64,000 bases of DNA from Nageia nagi. Taxonomy: Eukaryota > Plantae > Pinophyta. The notes under the pieces are model-generated. The model was not told where the DNA came from. It worked only from the letters and a program-made list of their open reading frames with translations, and did not search any database. The stretch is taken from positions 100,688,001 to 100,752,000 of the forward strand of contig JBITNC010000001.1 in assembly GCA_050084985.1 (NCBI GenBank). The letters are read 5' to 3'. Shown piece by piece: positions 62,454-64,000 of this stretch (its first letter is position 1; every line of letters starts with the position of its first letter). Position numbers and translations under genes: made by a program.

Positions 62454-64000
62454 TTGCTACATAAAATGTGAAATAATAAGCATATGGTTTTAATAAATAA
62501 TATTAAATGTTAAAATTTAACCAAGTAAATAATACATATTTTAATTTAACACTAAATACATGCTTGATTTGATTCATAAGTGCAAATATTTTACAATTCA
62601 AATAATAACCCATGTACCCAAATACATTTCTCATATCAAGAACCATAGATGTAGAGTGACATTATTGAGGCTTATTTTCTTATCTAAAATTATACTTTCA
62701 CGTGGATGCCCACACAAGAGGAGCCCAAGTACTACCAATCCTTAACTAGTTCCCCTCGGGCAGCAATATACTTTCACAAGGAGAAGTACTAGCTATTTTT
62801 CAAAGTTTTGACATTTATTGGATTAGCCAAATTATTAATCTTGATTAGGTTTCAAGTTTTCCTCCTAGGTTATCAAGATAATCCCTAAATGGACATGTAG
62901 ATATGTGGTATCACTATACACATACCTATCCACCTATTGGAGTTAAATCTAGACCAATAGAGGACTTAGGGGCAATTAAGAAGAATAGAATTTTCACCAC
63001 TTGGATTGTTAGATTAAAGGCTCTATTCCACCTATCCTCACCTCATGGCTCCCCAAACAAGTCATGTTATGGAATGTATGTGTAGATGTGTTCATTTTAG
63101 GGGGTTGTTCATATCAATGTTTACATTTTTATTTGCATAAGTAAATAAATCAAAGTGTAAAACATGAAGTAAAAGAGTATAAGTAAAATCAATCCATGCA
63201 AAACATTTGGAACCTAAGTGTCCAATGGGTTTTATTTACCAACCCCTAAAGGACATCTTTACATCATCACTTATTTTGCACAAGTCCATTCCATACTTTG
63301 CATAAGGATAAATACTCAACATGCATTCTTGCATCTAAATTTTTTTTAAGTCCTAAGCATTAATTTAAAAAATTAAGTCCTTGAGCATGCATTAAAAATA
63401 AGCTTTAATTATTAAAAAAAATGCATTATTCACATAGCTTTAAAAAATTAAGTAAGCATGCATCATTCCAATTAAATAAGAAGCATGCACTATTAACTTA
63501 AGGATTAAGTAGGAAGCTTGCATCAATCCATAACTTAAAAATTAAGTAAGCATGCATTATAACTTAAAAATTATGCAAGCAACATGCATTAAAATTTAAG
63601 TAAAAAAATTCATACCCCTTTTTACTTAAAGTTGTACCCCTTAAGATAGCATATTTAGCTTAACTTTATCCTTTAAAAATATTTTGCATGATAAAAAAAT
63701 TCTAAGTATACTTCCATTCTAATTTTAAGTGAATACACTCTATTTTTCCTTAATTAAAGTAGTATTCCCCTTTTAACTTACAAATTTCACCTCTAAAGAT
63801 AGCATACTAGTTTATGCAATATGAGGATTTTTTTTTGAGTAAAGAATTATATAAAAAAAATTCCCTTCTTTACTTAAATAACATGCTTAAGTAAAACTTT
63901 GAAAGAATTAAATACTTACCAAGGTTTTAAAGTCTTGTTACTTATAATACTTAAAAAGACTTTAATTGGTTAGTGAAGTAAATACCTAAAAAAAAAGACA

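Larger units (their letters stand above)
57808..64000 (-). mobile_element. Ty1/Copia element of the same lineage; integrase deleted, 5' LTR beyond the window
   Basis: 3' LTR 57808-58303 (TGTTGGAATG...TTCAATTCCTTCA); PPT TTAAGGAGAAG; gag from 62453 (MGESFLPKH), zinc knuckle, WIVDSSCTNH (PR), LLYVDDLL (RT), RH ending IKGE* at 59239. Confidence 0.92.

Overview
Eukaryotic plant nuclear DNA: AT-rich, CpG-depleted and TE-dense. It is most likely a conifer, inferred from a Dryad-type Penelope element and a giant TE-filled intron. The only intact host gene is the 3' part of a plastid 3-isopropylmalate dehydratase large subunit (IIL1/LeuC; + strand; 12 exons, 1057..31133; 389 aa + stop; N-terminus upstream of the window). 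Its 19.9-kb intron (1730..21595) is a nested TE stack. It holds an Athila-like Gypsy carrying an RTE-X-like LINE fragment and solo LTRs, a Copia remnant with a nested solo LTR, a hAT element carrying an internally deleted L1, and a Pack-hAT that captured an AVT3 amino-acid-transporter fragment. The hAT transposase has two near-identical 109-bp introns. Downstream of the gene lie a 240-bp satellite with a terminal hairpin, interrupted by a Penelope/Dryad GIY-YIG fragment with a decayed hammerhead-ribozyme motif, and a PMD pseudogene. Next is a Gypsy gag remnant interrupted by a full-length decayed Copia that contains a non-autonomous relative, then a second, integrase-deleted Copia on the minus strand. 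All coordinates were read by eye; no database searches were run.
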